Shown here piece after piece: positions 1-9,899 of a DNA stretch of 64,000 nt. The translations under genes were made by a program, and so were the position numbers. Origin of the DNA: Bacteroidota bacterium (lineage in GTDB: Bacteria; Bacteroidota; Bacteroidia; Chitinophagales; Chitinophagaceae); contig JABDAN010000006.1 of assembly GCA_013289175.1 (NCBI GenBank), positions 18,988 to 82,987 on the forward strand, read 5' to 3'. The notes beneath the pieces are model-generated. The model had not been told where the DNA came from and did not search any database. It worked only from the letters and a program-made list of their open reading frames with translations. Every line of letters begins with the position of its first letter. Position 1 is the first letter of the stretch.

Positions 1-183
1 CTTCAGAAAAGAATCGGCAATGTACACCCGCTGATAACCATATTTGGCGTATTTGTAGGCGTTCCTCTTTTTGGATTCCTTGGACTTATTTTCGGTCCCT
101 TGCTTATCTCCTTATTTATCCTGCTCATGAGGATCTACCGGGTTGAATTTATCGCGCCAGATGAGAAACTGGACGATAATTGA
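1..183 (+). CDS. AI-2E family transporter, C-terminal fragment (truncated by window start)
   Basis: Frame 1 reads LQKRIGNVHPLITIFGVFVGVPLFGFLGLIFGPLL...DDN-TGA; HP...G..G..LFG..G...GP is the AI-2E C-terminal pattern. Confidence 0.8.
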   Translation, partial: LQKRIGNVHPLITIFGVFVGVPLFGFLGLIFGPLLISLFILLMRIYRVEFIAPDEKLDDN

Positions 184-218
184 GTCACATAAAACGAATG
201 CAGGTATCGGACATTTCA

Positions 219-252
219 TAAAAAAGCCTTCACTCTTTTTTGGAGTGAAGGC
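219..252 (-). terminator. Intrinsic terminator for the HU gene, possibly bidirectional
   Basis: Stem GCCTTCACTC/GAGTGAAGGC (226-252) with an A-run on the left (U-tail on the minus strand), between convergent genes. Confidence 0.8.
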
Positions 253-272
253 CACAGAAATCTTCTATTCGG

Positions 273-542
273 TTATACTCGGCTGGCCAATTCTTTGCCT
301 GCTTTGAATTTGGCTACTTTCTTTGCTTTGATTTTGATGGTGGCGCCTGTTTGAGGATTGCGGCCATTTCGTGCGGCGCGTTTTGATACGGAAAAAGTAC
401 CGAATCCTACCAGGGTTACCTTATCTCCTTTCTTTAGTGTTTTCGCAATGGCTTCGGTAAAAGAGTCGAGGGCGGCGCCGGCCTGCGTTTTAGTTATACC
501 CGCATCATCGGCTAATTTTGCAATCAGTTCTGCTTTGTTCAT
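273..542 (-). CDS. hup: DNA-binding protein HU
   Basis: MNKAELI...[12 protein letters not shown]...RNGRNPQTG signature. Confidence 0.97.
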   Translation of the reverse strand: MNKAELIAKLADDAGITKTQAGAALDSFTEAIAKTLKKGDKVTLVGFGTFSVSKRAARNGRNPQTGATIKIKAKKVAKFKAGKELASRV

Positions 543-573
543 GGAAAGTGTTTTTATTGATTTCAGTAAAAGG

Positions 574-581
574 CAAATATA
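574..581 (-). promoter_or_regulatory. Bacteroidota housekeeping -7 promoter element upstream of hup
   Basis: Minus strand TATATTTG matches TAnnTTTG, about 30 bp upstream of the ATG. Confidence 0.55.
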
Positions 582-651
582 AGGTTATGGTTCTACAAGG
601 CTGGTTTCATAAAAATATATTTGACTTGGTAGGAATCCTTCCCACAGTATC

Positions 652-1341
652 CTAAACCAAGGAACGCAAGGATTGCTGGAGTTGAGAGATACCCTGGGTT
701 GCCGGCTTTTGAATACTGAAGAGGTTTGTGATGCCACCCAGGGCGGGAAGACTCTTGTCAATAATAAATTTGGGAATCGCTGCTGGGACAAAATGGATGA
801 GTCCGGCAGCGGGATAAACGGCCAGGGAGGTTCCAATGACAACGAAAATATCAGCCTGTTTTGCCATTCGGCTGGCCTCCTCTATCAGCGGTACTGGTTC
901 CTCAAACCATACAATATAGGGACGCAATTGTGCTCCGTCATGGGCCCGGTCGCCTAATTTTATATCCGTTCGAATGGGATAAACCAGGGTTTCATCCAGT
1001 TCACTGCGCATTTTGAAAATTTCTCCGTGCAGGTGCAGGACCTTGGTTGAACCAGCTCTTTCATGCAGATCATCGATGTTTTGGGTGATGATTTGAACGT
1101 CAAAATAGGCTTCGAGGGCCGCCAGGCCCTGGTGGGCTGCGTTGGGCAGCGCTCCCCCCACATCCCGTCGACGCATATTATAAAATTGCAGCACCAGTTC
1201 GGGGTTTTTTTTCCATCCGCCCGGGGTGGCCACTTCCTGCACGTCATACCCTTCCCAGAGCCCGTCGCTGTCCCTGAAGGTCTTTAAACCGCTTTCCGCG
1301 CTGATACCGGCACCTGTCAGCACGACGAGTTTCTTTTTCAT
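652..1341 (-). CDS. cobB: NAD-dependent protein deacylase (class III sirtuin)
   Basis: GAGISAESG, TFRD, TQNIDDLHERAG, HLHG, GTSLAVYPAA and a Y-x-x-R (YNMR) motif; start moved to the ATG at 1341 (MKKKLVV), just downstream of the ACP stop. Confidence 0.93.
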   Translation of the reverse strand: MKKKLVVLTGAGISAESGLKTFRDSDGLWEGYDVQEVATPGGWKKNPELVLQFYNMRRRDVGGALPNAAHQGLAALEAYFDVQIITQNIDDLHERAGSTKVLHLHGEIFKMRSELDETLVYPIRTDIKLGDRAHDGAQLRPYIVWFEEPVPLIEEASRMAKQADIFVVIGTSLAVYPAAGLIHFVPAAIPKFIIDKSLPALGGITNLFSIQKPATQGISQLQQSLRSLV

Positions 1342-1345
1342 GCTG

Positions 1346-1618
1346 TCAGGGTAAACCCATTTTCCCCAATACATAGGTATATAGGTCCTGTATCGAATGA
1401 ATGTCAATAAGGTCCGCAGGATCGACCTTAATATGCAGGTTTTTCTCCATTACGACCACCAGGTCAATATAATCGAGGCTGTCCAGCTCTAGGGTCGATT
1501 TAAGATCTGCAGACGGGATGATTTTTGATCTGTCTACTTCAAATTCTTCGTGGATGAAATCGTTGATTATTTGAACAACTTTTTCCTTTGTCAAGATGGT
1601 ATCGTACTCGTTCAGCAT
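1346..1618 (-). CDS. Acyl carrier protein (stand-alone)
   Basis: LELDSLDYIDLVV phosphopantetheine-attachment motif; acidic 90-aa protein. Confidence 0.9.
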   Translation of the reverse strand: MLNEYDTILTKEKVVQIINDFIHEEFEVDRSKIIPSADLKSTLELDSLDYIDLVVVMEKNLHIKVDPADLIDIHSIQDLYTYVLGKMGLP

Positions 1619-2190
1619 GGCATAAAAATAGGTAAAAAAACCATCCCGTTTATATCAGATAACAAGCCATAAAAGAAGGATTTTCAGGCAGAAACCTGGC
1701 TGGAGAAGGGAGCGTCCGTTTCTGCTAATTTATTTAAGGGAACAAAAGGGGAGGGGGTCGGAAAATTCAAGGTTATTCTTAGTCAGTTTGGTCAGAACCC
1801 CTTGGCCGCCTGGAGAGATCATGCTGGCCGCCCCCAAGGGTGAGGGGATATATTGAATGCTCTGCAGAACTAAAAAATATCGAATGGTGCTTTTACACGC
1901 TGGAAAAATCGCGGAAAACCTAGTCCGAAATCTCCCATTCTTCAGGTTGGAACATAAACCGGATTCCGTGGAATCGGGTCGGAAAAAAAACTGAAGTAAA
2001 CGTAAATATTTAGATGAGCTATGAAGGGTAATTATTCGAAAATCAACCAGTTGAGACTCTACTTACTCTATGAACTCCAGCTGACGACCGAAAACAAAAT
2101 AACTGCCACCAGCACCTGAAAACAAATTATCGCCACCGCTCTTTTCAACGGAAAGATTGGTTAAATTTAGGTACATCAAAAACGATTGCC

Positions 2191-2565
2191 ATGAACAATC
2201 AATCTATTTACCGGATTGGCGTAGTTCTGTATGCCTTGGTCGTTGGTTTCTTCGGTGTGAACCATTTCTTAAATGGTACGGGTTTTCAGAACTCAGTTCC
2301 TTCCTTTATTCCAGGCGGCATCTTTTGGGTTTATCTTACTGGAGTTGCACTTATCGCAGCGGCCATTTCTTTTTTAACGGGAAAACTAACCAAAGCTGCT
2401 GGATTGTTTTTATTTGTTTTCCTGATTATTGTCGTTTTAACCATCCACGTTCCCGCCTTGATGCGTTCGACCAGTTCACCGGTCATCAGCATTGCCCTGA
2501 CTAATTTAGTGAAGGACACCGGTCTCGCAGGGGCCGCATTGATGATTGCTGGTAAAGGCAGCTGA
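2191..2565 (+). CDS. DoxX family membrane protein
   Basis: Four hydrophobic helices; FGVNHF...VPSFIPG..FWVYLTG...KDTGLAGAAL. Confidence 0.8.
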   Translation: MNNQSIYRIGVVLYALVVGFFGVNHFLNGTGFQNSVPSFIPGGIFWVYLTGVALIAAAISFLTGKLTKAAGLFLFVFLIIVVLTIHVPALMRSTSSPVISIALTNLVKDTGLAGAALMIAGKGS

Positions 2566-2614
2566 GCGAGCTGTTGTCCGAGATCTTCCCTATGGCCGAA
2601 AGCTCCTCTGCATA

Positions 2615-3823
2615 CTATTCATACTGTAAAGTCCTGTAGCTTGGATAAAATAAGGTGAGTCGAAGCAATACCTGGTTGGTTACATAGTTGATTTTAAGTA
2701 CGTAGTCTCCCGCCCCTGCACCGATGAAATAATAATCCCCGACTTTTTGCACCGAACCGGCAAACTGAATAAACTTATCCGGTACCTGATAGGATTTGAA
2801 ACCACTGATCGTTTTCGCATTCTGATCCAGTTGATATTCCAGTATGCGGCTGCTCGGACGTGCAGAATCCCCATTGTCAATAAAGATCAGGGTTTTGCCT
2901 CCTTCTATAACCCTGGCATAATGCTGACGCAGGAACAATTGATTCGGTGCCTGAGAAAAATCACTGTTCGCTCCCCCCAGTCGCCACATGATGGTTCCTG
3001 ATTGCCGGTTAATTTTGATGATTTCATCCAAGTTTCTAAAAGACACGATCAGATTGTTATCCGTGGAATCCACGCAAATGGAATTGAGATGCAGATAGTC
3101 GTGGGTGAGCTTGGCGCTGTTGAAATTATTATTTTCCTGACTGGAAGCATAGAATTCTGGGAACTGAGAAGCGTCCCACTGGAAGACGACCGATCCATTG
3201 TTCACTTCCTGAATGATACAGGCTGCAACCTTCACACCAGGAGCCGGGTTCAGGGAACTGGGAATATTATTGGGCTTTTCTGAATAATAGGTCTCACAGA
3301 TATAGTGATGGTCACCCAGCAATACAAATTCGTGCACATCGACTTCATCCTGTTGGGTTGAATTGATGATGCCATTGGAAAGCAGTTTCACCGTATCCAG
3401 TATATTCAAATTGGAGTCACAGATGTATTCATATCCGAGTTCTGTGCCGGGAATACTGTCCAAAAGTTGGTAACCTACTGAGCGGAAATACGTGTACCGG
3501 GTAACTCCATTGATATTCCACTTCTGGAAATTCTCCACATCTGTTCCCACTGCTTTTTCTGTAATGATGGAACCGCGCTCATCGGTGATAAAAAGTTCTC
3601 CTTGTGTTTTAGAATTCAGTGCAAATAAAATCTGACCTTTTGGTTGTGCGCTGTCGCTTCCGCTGATGGAGTAAAAAGCGTTGTCTGTAACTACCGGGGT
3701 GGTGGGGATAATATTGGAAGGGGGCGTAACATTGTTGGAGGGAACAACCTCATTTTTTTTGCATCCTGCAATGATTACAAATAAAATAACGACACTGAGC
3801 AATAGTTTTTTAATGTCTGACAT
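2615..3823 (-). CDS. Arylsulfotransferase (ASST) family lipoprotein
   Basis: Lipobox IAGC; DVHEF, DYLHLNSI, SFRN, WRLGG and RQHYAR motifs. Confidence 0.8.
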   Translation of the reverse strand: MSDIKKLLLSVVILFVIIAGCKKNEVVPSNNVTPPSNIIPTTPVVTDNAFYSISGSDSAQPKGQILFALNSKTQGELFITDERGSIITEKAVGTDVENFQKWNINGVTRYTYFRSVGYQLLDSIPGTELGYEYICDSNLNILDTVKLLSNGIINSTQQDEVDVHEFVLLGDHHYICETYYSEKPNNIPSSLNPAPGVKVAACIIQEVNNGSVVFQWDASQFPEFYASSQENNNFNSAKLTHDYLHLNSICVDSTDNNLIVSFRNLDEIIKINRQSGTIMWRLGGANSDFSQAPNQLFLRQHYARVIEGGKTLIFIDNGDSARPSSRILEYQLDQNAKTISGFKSYQVPDKFIQFAGSVQKVGDYYFIGAGAGDYVLKINYVTNQVLLRLTLFYPSYRTLQYE

Positions 3824-3981
3824 AAGGTGGAAAAATTGGGTAAGAAAGGATTAAACAATAATTTATTTTTTTGATAAACCTTCTGAAAATTCGACGCAGA
3901 GCAGGTTTTGACGCCTCTAAGATCTTGATTAGTTGGCATATGACTTGCTGTATAAGGGTAGAAATTTCTTTAGAATAACCA

Positions 3982-4371
3982 ATGATTAACAACATGAAAA
4001 ATTTCCTCGCACTGCTGCTGTTGCTTTGTTTTGTCTTGCCGGCAACCGCACAACCACCGGGTCACGTAGATAAGAAATCCAAGGAGTTTATTATTCCACC
4101 GAACTCTAAAAATGATTTTACCATCATTGGATATCAATATCCGAATATCACTACCAAAAAAATGATTTGTTTTTCGACCAATAGTGGCGTCGTTACGGAG
4201 AACAATGCAGAATGCGCCCTGGGTGCTTACTTCGATACGAATCATTTAAAAGAAGGCGATATGATATTCTACCTGGGACCGGTTGGTAGTTTTGCTAAGA
4301 TGAACTTCGTTCACGGGAATGGGAAGAAGACAATTTTTTATATTCTCAAATCCGGTTTTGTCATCAAATAG
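3982..4371 (+). CDS. Hypothetical secreted protein
   Basis: Signal peptide MKNFLALLLLLCFVLPATAQ; true start may be the ATG at 3994. Confidence 0.7.
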   Translation: MINNMKNFLALLLLLCFVLPATAQPPGHVDKKSKEFIIPPNSKNDFTIIGYQYPNITTKKMICFSTNSGVVTENNAECALGAYFDTNHLKEGDMIFYLGPVGSFAKMNFVHGNGKKTIFYILKSGFVIK

Positions 4372-4437
4372 TCAGAAAGACCGATTTTTTTGGAGTTTTG
4401 CCGGCTCTGAATTCTCCTTGCAATCCGGTGAGTTATT

Positions 4438-4464
4438 TGCAACCTTTTTGTCGTACATTACGTA
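4438..4464 (+). promoter_or_regulatory. Putative ECF sigma promoter TGCAAC-N17-CGTA
   Basis: Exact motif about 85 bp upstream of the T9SS substrate gene; the motif recurs in this window. Confidence 0.6.
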
Positions 4465-4547
4465 GTACTAACCTGGAAAAAACCTGACTCGTATTCATTC
4501 TGTTGGCGTCGACCCTTACATAGTTAAGTTTATCAATTTATTATGTG

Positions 4548-6989
4548 ATGAAGTGCAGGTTAAGTGCCGTATTCCTGATTGTTTGGTTGGGTTCGTTTTC
4601 CCAGACACAAACCTGTCCGGCAAATATCAATTTTGCCACCGGTGATCTCACGCATTGGTATGCCTATACCGGAAACAATGAGTTAGGGAACGGACCCTCG
4701 GCAATCCTGCAGCGATATGATTCCAACAACAGCTACCCCACCGGTACCATCGGTACCAGGAGCATTCAGGAGTACGATCTCAATTCGGTCGTGGGAATAA
4801 GGGTGATTACTTCCAGCTCCAGAGATCCTTTTGGTAATTTTCCAACCATTCCCACCATCAACGGATATGCTTATAACTATTCAATTCTGTTGGGTTCTAC
4901 GGCCATCACCCGGGGAAATCCGAACAACGGATCAGGGGGAGGAGGTTATGTCCGCGGGGTGAGTTACCGGATTAAAGTTCCTCCCGGTCCGGCTACGGAG
5001 CCCTATACTATGACGTATGCCTACGCCATGGTCCTGGAAAACGGAACCCATGTCTCGGCCCAGCAGCCGCTTATTTCAGCCACGCTCAAAACACCCGCGG
5101 GTATTATAGCCTGTGCATCTCCCAGTTATTACCTGCCCACCCTAAACAATGTTACCGAAGGTGGACGGGGTGCTACCCTGGACAGTGCAGCCGCCAAACG
5201 CAATGGATTTTCGGTCAGTCAGACCCGGTCACCGAACGACGATCCAGCTCCGAACGGTTCAAGTGCCGGCAACTTGCAAGACGTTTGGGTAAAAGGATGG
5301 ACGGAGGTAACCTTCGACCTATCGCCTTATAGAGGACAACAAGTCAGTCTTACCTTCGAAGCAGACAATTGTATTCCCGGTGGCCATTTTGCCTATGGCT
5401 ATATCGCTATTAGAAACAGTTGCGCAGGCCTGATGATCAGCGGTGATTCCCTGGTTTGCAACAATTCCATCGTTACCTATTCGGTCCCTTCTCTGGCAGG
5501 AGCCATATACAATTGGATTATTCCCAATTCCTGGTCACTGGTAACCTCCGATACCAGCAATATCATTCAAATCAAAACCAGTAGTCTGCCTGGAACCGTG
5601 ATTGTGCGAGAAAAAAACAGCTGCGCGGACCTAAAGGATACCATCAACATTAAAACGCTGCCCTCACCTGTGGGAGGAATATTGAATGGATCCACGGCCG
5701 TATGTACAGGTACCAACAGCAGTGTACTGAGCCTGATCAACTATTCGGGTGTTATCAAAAGTTGGCTCCAGTCCACCGATAACCAAACATGGTCGCCCAT
5801 TTCCGATACCACCGCATCCTTTAGTCCGGAAAACCTGGACACGACAACTTATTTTAAAGTACAGGTCGGAAAAGGGGATGTTTGTCCGCCGGACTCCAGC
5901 AGTTCCGCAAAAGTCCAGGTTGACAGTAAAACCATCGGTGGACTGGTTAGCCCTCCGCAAGCCACGCTTTGCGCTGACCAAACAGCTGGTGAAGTGCTAA
6001 CCCTGAGTGGAAATCTGGGGACCGTCCAGCGCTGGCAATATTCGACGGATGGAACCAATTGGACGGACACCCAACCCGACGATACGGCAACTTCCCTCAC
6101 CGTTCAGGGGATCACCTCTACGACGCAGTACCGACTGGTCGATAAAAATGGAACCTGCCCTCCCGAGATCAGCACGGTGGCCCGCATAGATTTTAATCCC
6201 GTTGAATTTCCACAGGCAATCAGTGAGCCAACCGATACCACCATTTGTTTTGGAACACCAGCATTCCTGAATGCCGAAATTGAGACGGGAAGCAGTTATT
6301 CCTGGTCACCTTTTTTTGCAGGCTCCAGCAATGTTTCCTCTCTGCCGTATCAGTTTCAAAATACGGTTGTACCGGTAAGCTCTACGGATTATGTTCTGCG
6401 CGTAATGAACAACGGATGTCCGAATGCATTGCTGGATACCTTTCACGTGAACGTACTGGCCCGTGTGGTGGTTTCTCCAGGTAACGATACCTCGGTGGTG
6501 GTGGGTGAACCCCTGCAATTCCACGCCGTGTCCAGTGATCAGGGTCCGGATAGTTTTTCCTGGGCACCCGGCACAGAACTGAACAATCCATCCATTGCCG
6601 ATCCGGTGGCGGTCTATAATGAGAATGACAATACCATTAAATACTTGGTCAAGGCCATCACACCATTTGGTTGTGAAGGAGAAGCCTATGTGACGGTAAA
6701 AGTTTTCAAAACCAAACCAGATATTTTTGTACCCAATGCATTTACTCCCGGACTTGCTGTCAATTCCATATTTCGACCGATTCCCGTAGGGGTCACCTCC
6801 CTTGAATATTTCAGAATTTATAACAGGCTGGGGCAGTTGGTATACAATACTTCTGCGCTCGGCAATGGATGGGATGGAAGACTCAATGGGGTCAATCAGG
6901 ATTCCGGCGGTTATGTTTGGATGGTCAAAGGAACCGACTATCAGGGAAACATCATTGCAAAAAAAGGCATTATGGTTCTTGTTCGTTAA
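4548..6989 (+). CDS. T9SS type-B sorting (gliding motility-associated CTD) cell-surface protein
   Basis: Signal peptide, Cys-containing Ig/PKD-like repeats, C-terminal FVPNAFTP...IYNRLGQLVY...GWDG...YVW...KG..VLVR. Confidence 0.9.
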   Translation: MKCRLSAVFLIVWLGSFSQTQTCPANINFATGDLTHWYAYTGNNELGNGPSAILQRYDSNNSYPTGTIGTRSIQEYDLNSVVGIRVITSSSRDPFGNFPTIPTINGYAYNYSILLGSTAITRGNPNNGSGGGGYVRGVSYRIKVPPGPATEPYTMTYAYAMVLENGTHVSAQQPLISATLKTPAGIIACASPSYYLPTLNNVTEGGRGATLDSAAAKRNGFSVSQTRSPNDDPAPNGSSAGNLQDVWVKGWTEVTFDLSPYRGQQVSLTFEADNCIPGGHFAYGYIAIRNSCAGLMISGDSLVCNNSIVTYSVPSLAGAIYNWIIPNSWSLVTSDTSNIIQIKTSSLPGTVIVREKNSCADLKDTINIKTLPSPVGGILNGSTAVCTGTNSSVLSLINYSGVIKSWLQSTDNQTWSPISDTTASFSPENLDTTTYFKVQVGKGDVCPPDSSSSAKVQVDSKTIGGLVSPPQATLCADQTAGEVLTLSGNLGTVQRWQYSTDGTNWTDTQPDDTATSLTVQGITSTTQYRLVDKNGTCPPEISTVARIDFNPVEFPQAISEPTDTTICFGTPAFLNAEIETGSSYSWSPFFAGSSNVSSLPYQFQNTVVPVSSTDYVLRVMNNGCPNALLDTFHVNVLARVVVSPGNDTSVVVGEPLQFHAVSSDQGPDSFSWAPGTELNNPSIADPVAVYNENDNTIKYLVKAITPFGCEGEAYVTVKVFKTKPDIFVPNAFTPGLAVNSIFRPIPVGVTSLEYFRIYNRLGQLVYNTSALGNGWDGRLNGVNQDSGGYVWMVKGTDYQGNIIAKKGIMVLVR

Positions 6990-7164
6990 AGAGGATTGGA
7001 AATTTGTATCTCCCAACGATCTATGGAGCTCAAAGGAATCCAAGCAGGTCCGCTTTACCGATAATTTCAGCGGTTTGCCGGAGTATTTACCGATTTTCGC
7101 CGCTGCGCTGATTCTACCTATTTTTTCTGTCACTATCTTGGGGCTGATCTTTAAAAATGAATTT

Positions 7165-7935
7165 ATGGACCAGCCGGTTTTAGAAGTAACGGGACTCACT
7201 ATCCGATACGGCTCATTTGAAGCGGTTAAGGGGGTAACATTTTCTGTGAATGCCGGTGAAATATTTGGATTACTTGGTCCCAACGGCGCAGGAAAAACCT
7301 CTACACTCAGCGCGGTAGAAGGATTGTTGCTGCCGGCTGCTGGTCGAATCGTAGTAGGTGGTAATGACACCATCAAACATCCGCGTCAGGCCAGAGCCAA
7401 TATGGGCGTACAACTGCAGGCAACCAGTTTTCAACCAGAGCTGACCGTTAGGGAAATCATTCGCCTGTATGCAGGAATTTATGGTGTAAACCTGAGCAAT
7501 GAAAACCTTCAGGAAATCCTTACTTCCATAAAATTGAAGGACGATGGGGCAAAACGTTTCGGACAATTGTCAGGAGGTCAGCAGCAAAGAGTTTCCCTGG
7601 TGATCGCCATGATACACCAACCGCCCCTGGTTTTACTCGATGAGCCTACTACAGGTCTGGATCCTCAATCACGGCGACAGCTTTGGGAACGAATGGAATA
7701 TTTGAGGGGGAGGGGGCATGGAATTTTGCTGACTACGCATTCTATGGAAGAAGCAGAAGCGGTTTGTGACCGGCTTGCGATCATAGATCATGGGCAAATC
7801 GTAGTCACAGGAACTCCAGCCGGACTGATTGAGTCTAACCGCGATCGCCAGGAAGTCATTCAGGCCTCCCGACGGGGCAAGATTACTTTAGAAGATGTAT
7901 TTATCGGTCTTACCGGCCAGGAAATCCGTTCATAA
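7165..7935 (+). CDS. ABC-2 type transporter ATP-binding protein
   Basis: GPNGAGKT, LSGGQQQR, LLDEPTTGLD, TTHSMEEAE; start moved to the ATG at 7165 (MDQPVLEV). Confidence 0.93.
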   Translation: MDQPVLEVTGLTIRYGSFEAVKGVTFSVNAGEIFGLLGPNGAGKTSTLSAVEGLLLPAAGRIVVGGNDTIKHPRQARANMGVQLQATSFQPELTVREIIRLYAGIYGVNLSNENLQEILTSIKLKDDGAKRFGQLSGGQQQRVSLVIAMIHQPPLVLLDEPTTGLDPQSRRQLWERMEYLRGRGHGILLTTHSMEEAEAVCDRLAIIDHGQIVVTGTPAGLIESNRDRQEVIQASRRGKITLEDVFIGLTGQEIRS

Positions 7936-7945
7936 AACAATTACC

Positions 7946-8701
7946 ATGAACTCCGTTACACTTCCATCCAATCAAGTTGTTTTGCGCTCTTTACTACGGG
8001 CAGATTTTACTACGCAGTGGCGTAACCGGAAATCTTTTATACTTATTTTAATCGTACCCGTCATCATCCTGATTTCATGGAAGGGACTGGTAGACAAATT
8101 TGGTGGAGCTTTCATTTTGGGAAACTGCATTACCGTTGGTCTGACGGCGATCGGCTTGATGGGTTATTCTAACTCGATCGCCCGTGATCGGGAGAAGGGG
8201 ATTTTTCAGCGACTGCGCGTTTCGCCAGTGGCCCCTGGATCCATTATGGTAAGTAGGCTTTGCGTTCAGATGGCCATGATATTACTAATGACTACCGCAG
8301 TTTTCTTTGGCGGTTATTATTTTGACGGGATCACGCTCTCGGCCACAAGTTATTTTCTGGGTTATTTGTCCGCCTTTGTTGGAGGTTGGTTATATCTTGG
8401 ATTGGGACAAATGGTGGTGGGCCTGATAAGAAATGCAGAAACGGTACATTCTACCAGTCGGTTGATTTATTTTGTATTTATCATGGTGGGTATGTTTGGG
8501 GAGCTCGGTGTTTTAGGAAAACAGATCGGTGACCTGGTCAAGTGGTCCCCCTACGGCTCCGTCAATCGCATCCTGGCCTCCAGTTTTAAACCAGGTGGCT
8601 GGGACCAAACCAGTTTCCTGGCATTGGGCGTGACGGTCGGTTATGCCTTAATTTTTTCCGCATTGGGTATTCGCTGGTTTCGGTGGAACGCCTCTAAGTA
8701 A
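7946..8701 (+). CDS. ABC-2 type transporter permease
   Basis: DREKGIFQRLRVSP motif, six TM helices, C-terminal WFRW; start at the ATG at 7946. Confidence 0.9.
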   Translation: MNSVTLPSNQVVLRSLLRADFTTQWRNRKSFILILIVPVIILISWKGLVDKFGGAFILGNCITVGLTAIGLMGYSNSIARDREKGIFQRLRVSPVAPGSIMVSRLCVQMAMILLMTTAVFFGGYYFDGITLSATSYFLGYLSAFVGGWLYLGLGQMVVGLIRNAETVHSTSRLIYFVFIMVGMFGELGVLGKQIGDLVKWSPYGSVNRILASSFKPGGWDQTSFLALGVTVGYALIFSALGIRWFRWNASK

Positions 8702-8723
8702 AATTCCAGGCCTGCTGGTTGAT

Positions 8724-9899
8724 TTATTTATTTTCCTTTTTGTTATCCTGGAATAATGGCCTGCCGATGGGACCCAGCCTCATCCATTTCCCCAATTGAA
8801 ATGCCGTTCGGGTCAGGTTTTCTGAGGTATGTTCCATGGAAGTTTTTAAGTCTTCCGGCTGATTTCCGATTGGCATCAATACGTCAAAATATTCCTGCAA
8901 GGCGGTATCGGGCAGCAGGGGTATTTGTCCGGCAATCCCAATGACAGGAATGTTATTTTTTTTCGCTCTTCGGGCAACGCCAAACGGGCCCTTGCCATGT
9001 AGGGTTTGCCGGTCGATGCTTCCCTCTGCGGTTATTAATAGATCAGTTTTTTGCAGGGCTTCATTAAATTCAGTGAGGTCAAGAAAATATTCAATTCCTT
9101 GGACGAGCTGAGCCCTGAGAAAAGAATGAAGACCGGCGGCAACACCTCCGGCTGCTCCTCCGTAGACAACCTGGTTTAAATCGCGTCCTGTTTGGAGCAG
9201 CCAGATATCTCTGAATTTATGCATCCCTGCTTCCAGTAAAAGAACATCTTCGTGCGAAGCACCTTTTTGGGGACCAAAAACAGCTGCCGCACCATTTTTC
9301 CCCAGAAGAAAGTTGTCTACATCACAAAGGACAACCAATTCCGTATCAAAAATCCTTTTGTCCAGCAGGGTCATGTCAATAGCATTCAGTTGCACAAGCT
9401 GACGGGGTAAACTCATTAGATCCTGCGCCGCTTCATCCAAAAAGCGCATACCCAATGCCTGCAAGATGCCGCAGCCCCCATCCACAGTCGCGCTCCCGCC
9501 CACGCAGAGAATAATTTTCTGAACACCCCGGTCTAGTGCGATCCGCATGAGCTGTCCTGTACCCTGCGAAGAAGCTTGCAAGGGATCTCTTTGCGAATCG
9601 GATAATAATCTGAGTCCGGAAATATCGGCCATTTCAATCACCGCTGTTTTGCCGGTATCTATAAAGCCAATAGATGTTGTTATCGTTCTGCCCAGTGGAT
9701 CTTTTGCCTGGACTTCCTCCCGGACACCGGAGAGTCTTTCAACCATCAGCCTCCCGGTGCCGTCACCTCCATCCCCGATGGGAAAGGATTGAATCTTGCA
9801 GTCCAGCTTGCTTTGCAAAAAACCATTTTCAATCGCCCGGGAGACTTCCGGAGCAGAGAGGCTATTTTTAAAAGCATTGGGTGCTAGAAGAATATTCAT
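8724..9899 (-). CDS. glxK: Glycerate kinase
   Basis: APNAFKNSLSA, GDGGDGT, GGSATVDGG, FGPQKGA, GAAGG, EGSIDRQT; ATG at 9899 overlaps the upstream stop (ATGA). Confidence 0.93.
   Translation of the reverse strand: MNILLAPNAFKNSLSAPEVSRAIENGFLQSKLDCKIQSFPIGDGGDGTGRLMVERLSGVREEVQAKDPLGRTITTSIGFIDTGKTAVIEMADISGLRLLSDSQRDPLQASSQGTGQLMRIALDRGVQKIILCVGGSATVDGGCGILQALGMRFLDEAAQDLMSLPRQLVQLNAIDMTLLDKRIFDTELVVLCDVDNFLLGKNGAAAVFGPQKGASHEDVLLLEAGMHKFRDIWLLQTGRDLNQVVYGGAAGGVAAGLHSFLRAQLVQGIEYFLDLTEFNEALQKTDLLITAEGSIDRQTLHGKGPFGVARRAKKNNIPVIGIAGQIPLLPDTALQEYFDVLMPIGNQPEDLKTSMEHTSENLTRTAFQLGKWMRLGPIGRPLFQDNKKENK

Noticed and set aside
1800-1870. GGAGAG...CCAAGGG...CTCTGCAG as a glycine riboswitch
   Set aside because: It lacks the CCGAAG and CTCTCAGG core and has no relevant downstream gene.
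6802-7164. 121-aa N-terminal extension of the ABC ATPase in the ORF track
   Set aside because: It overlaps the T9SS gene CTD in another frame; the ATPase domain starts at the ATG at 7165.
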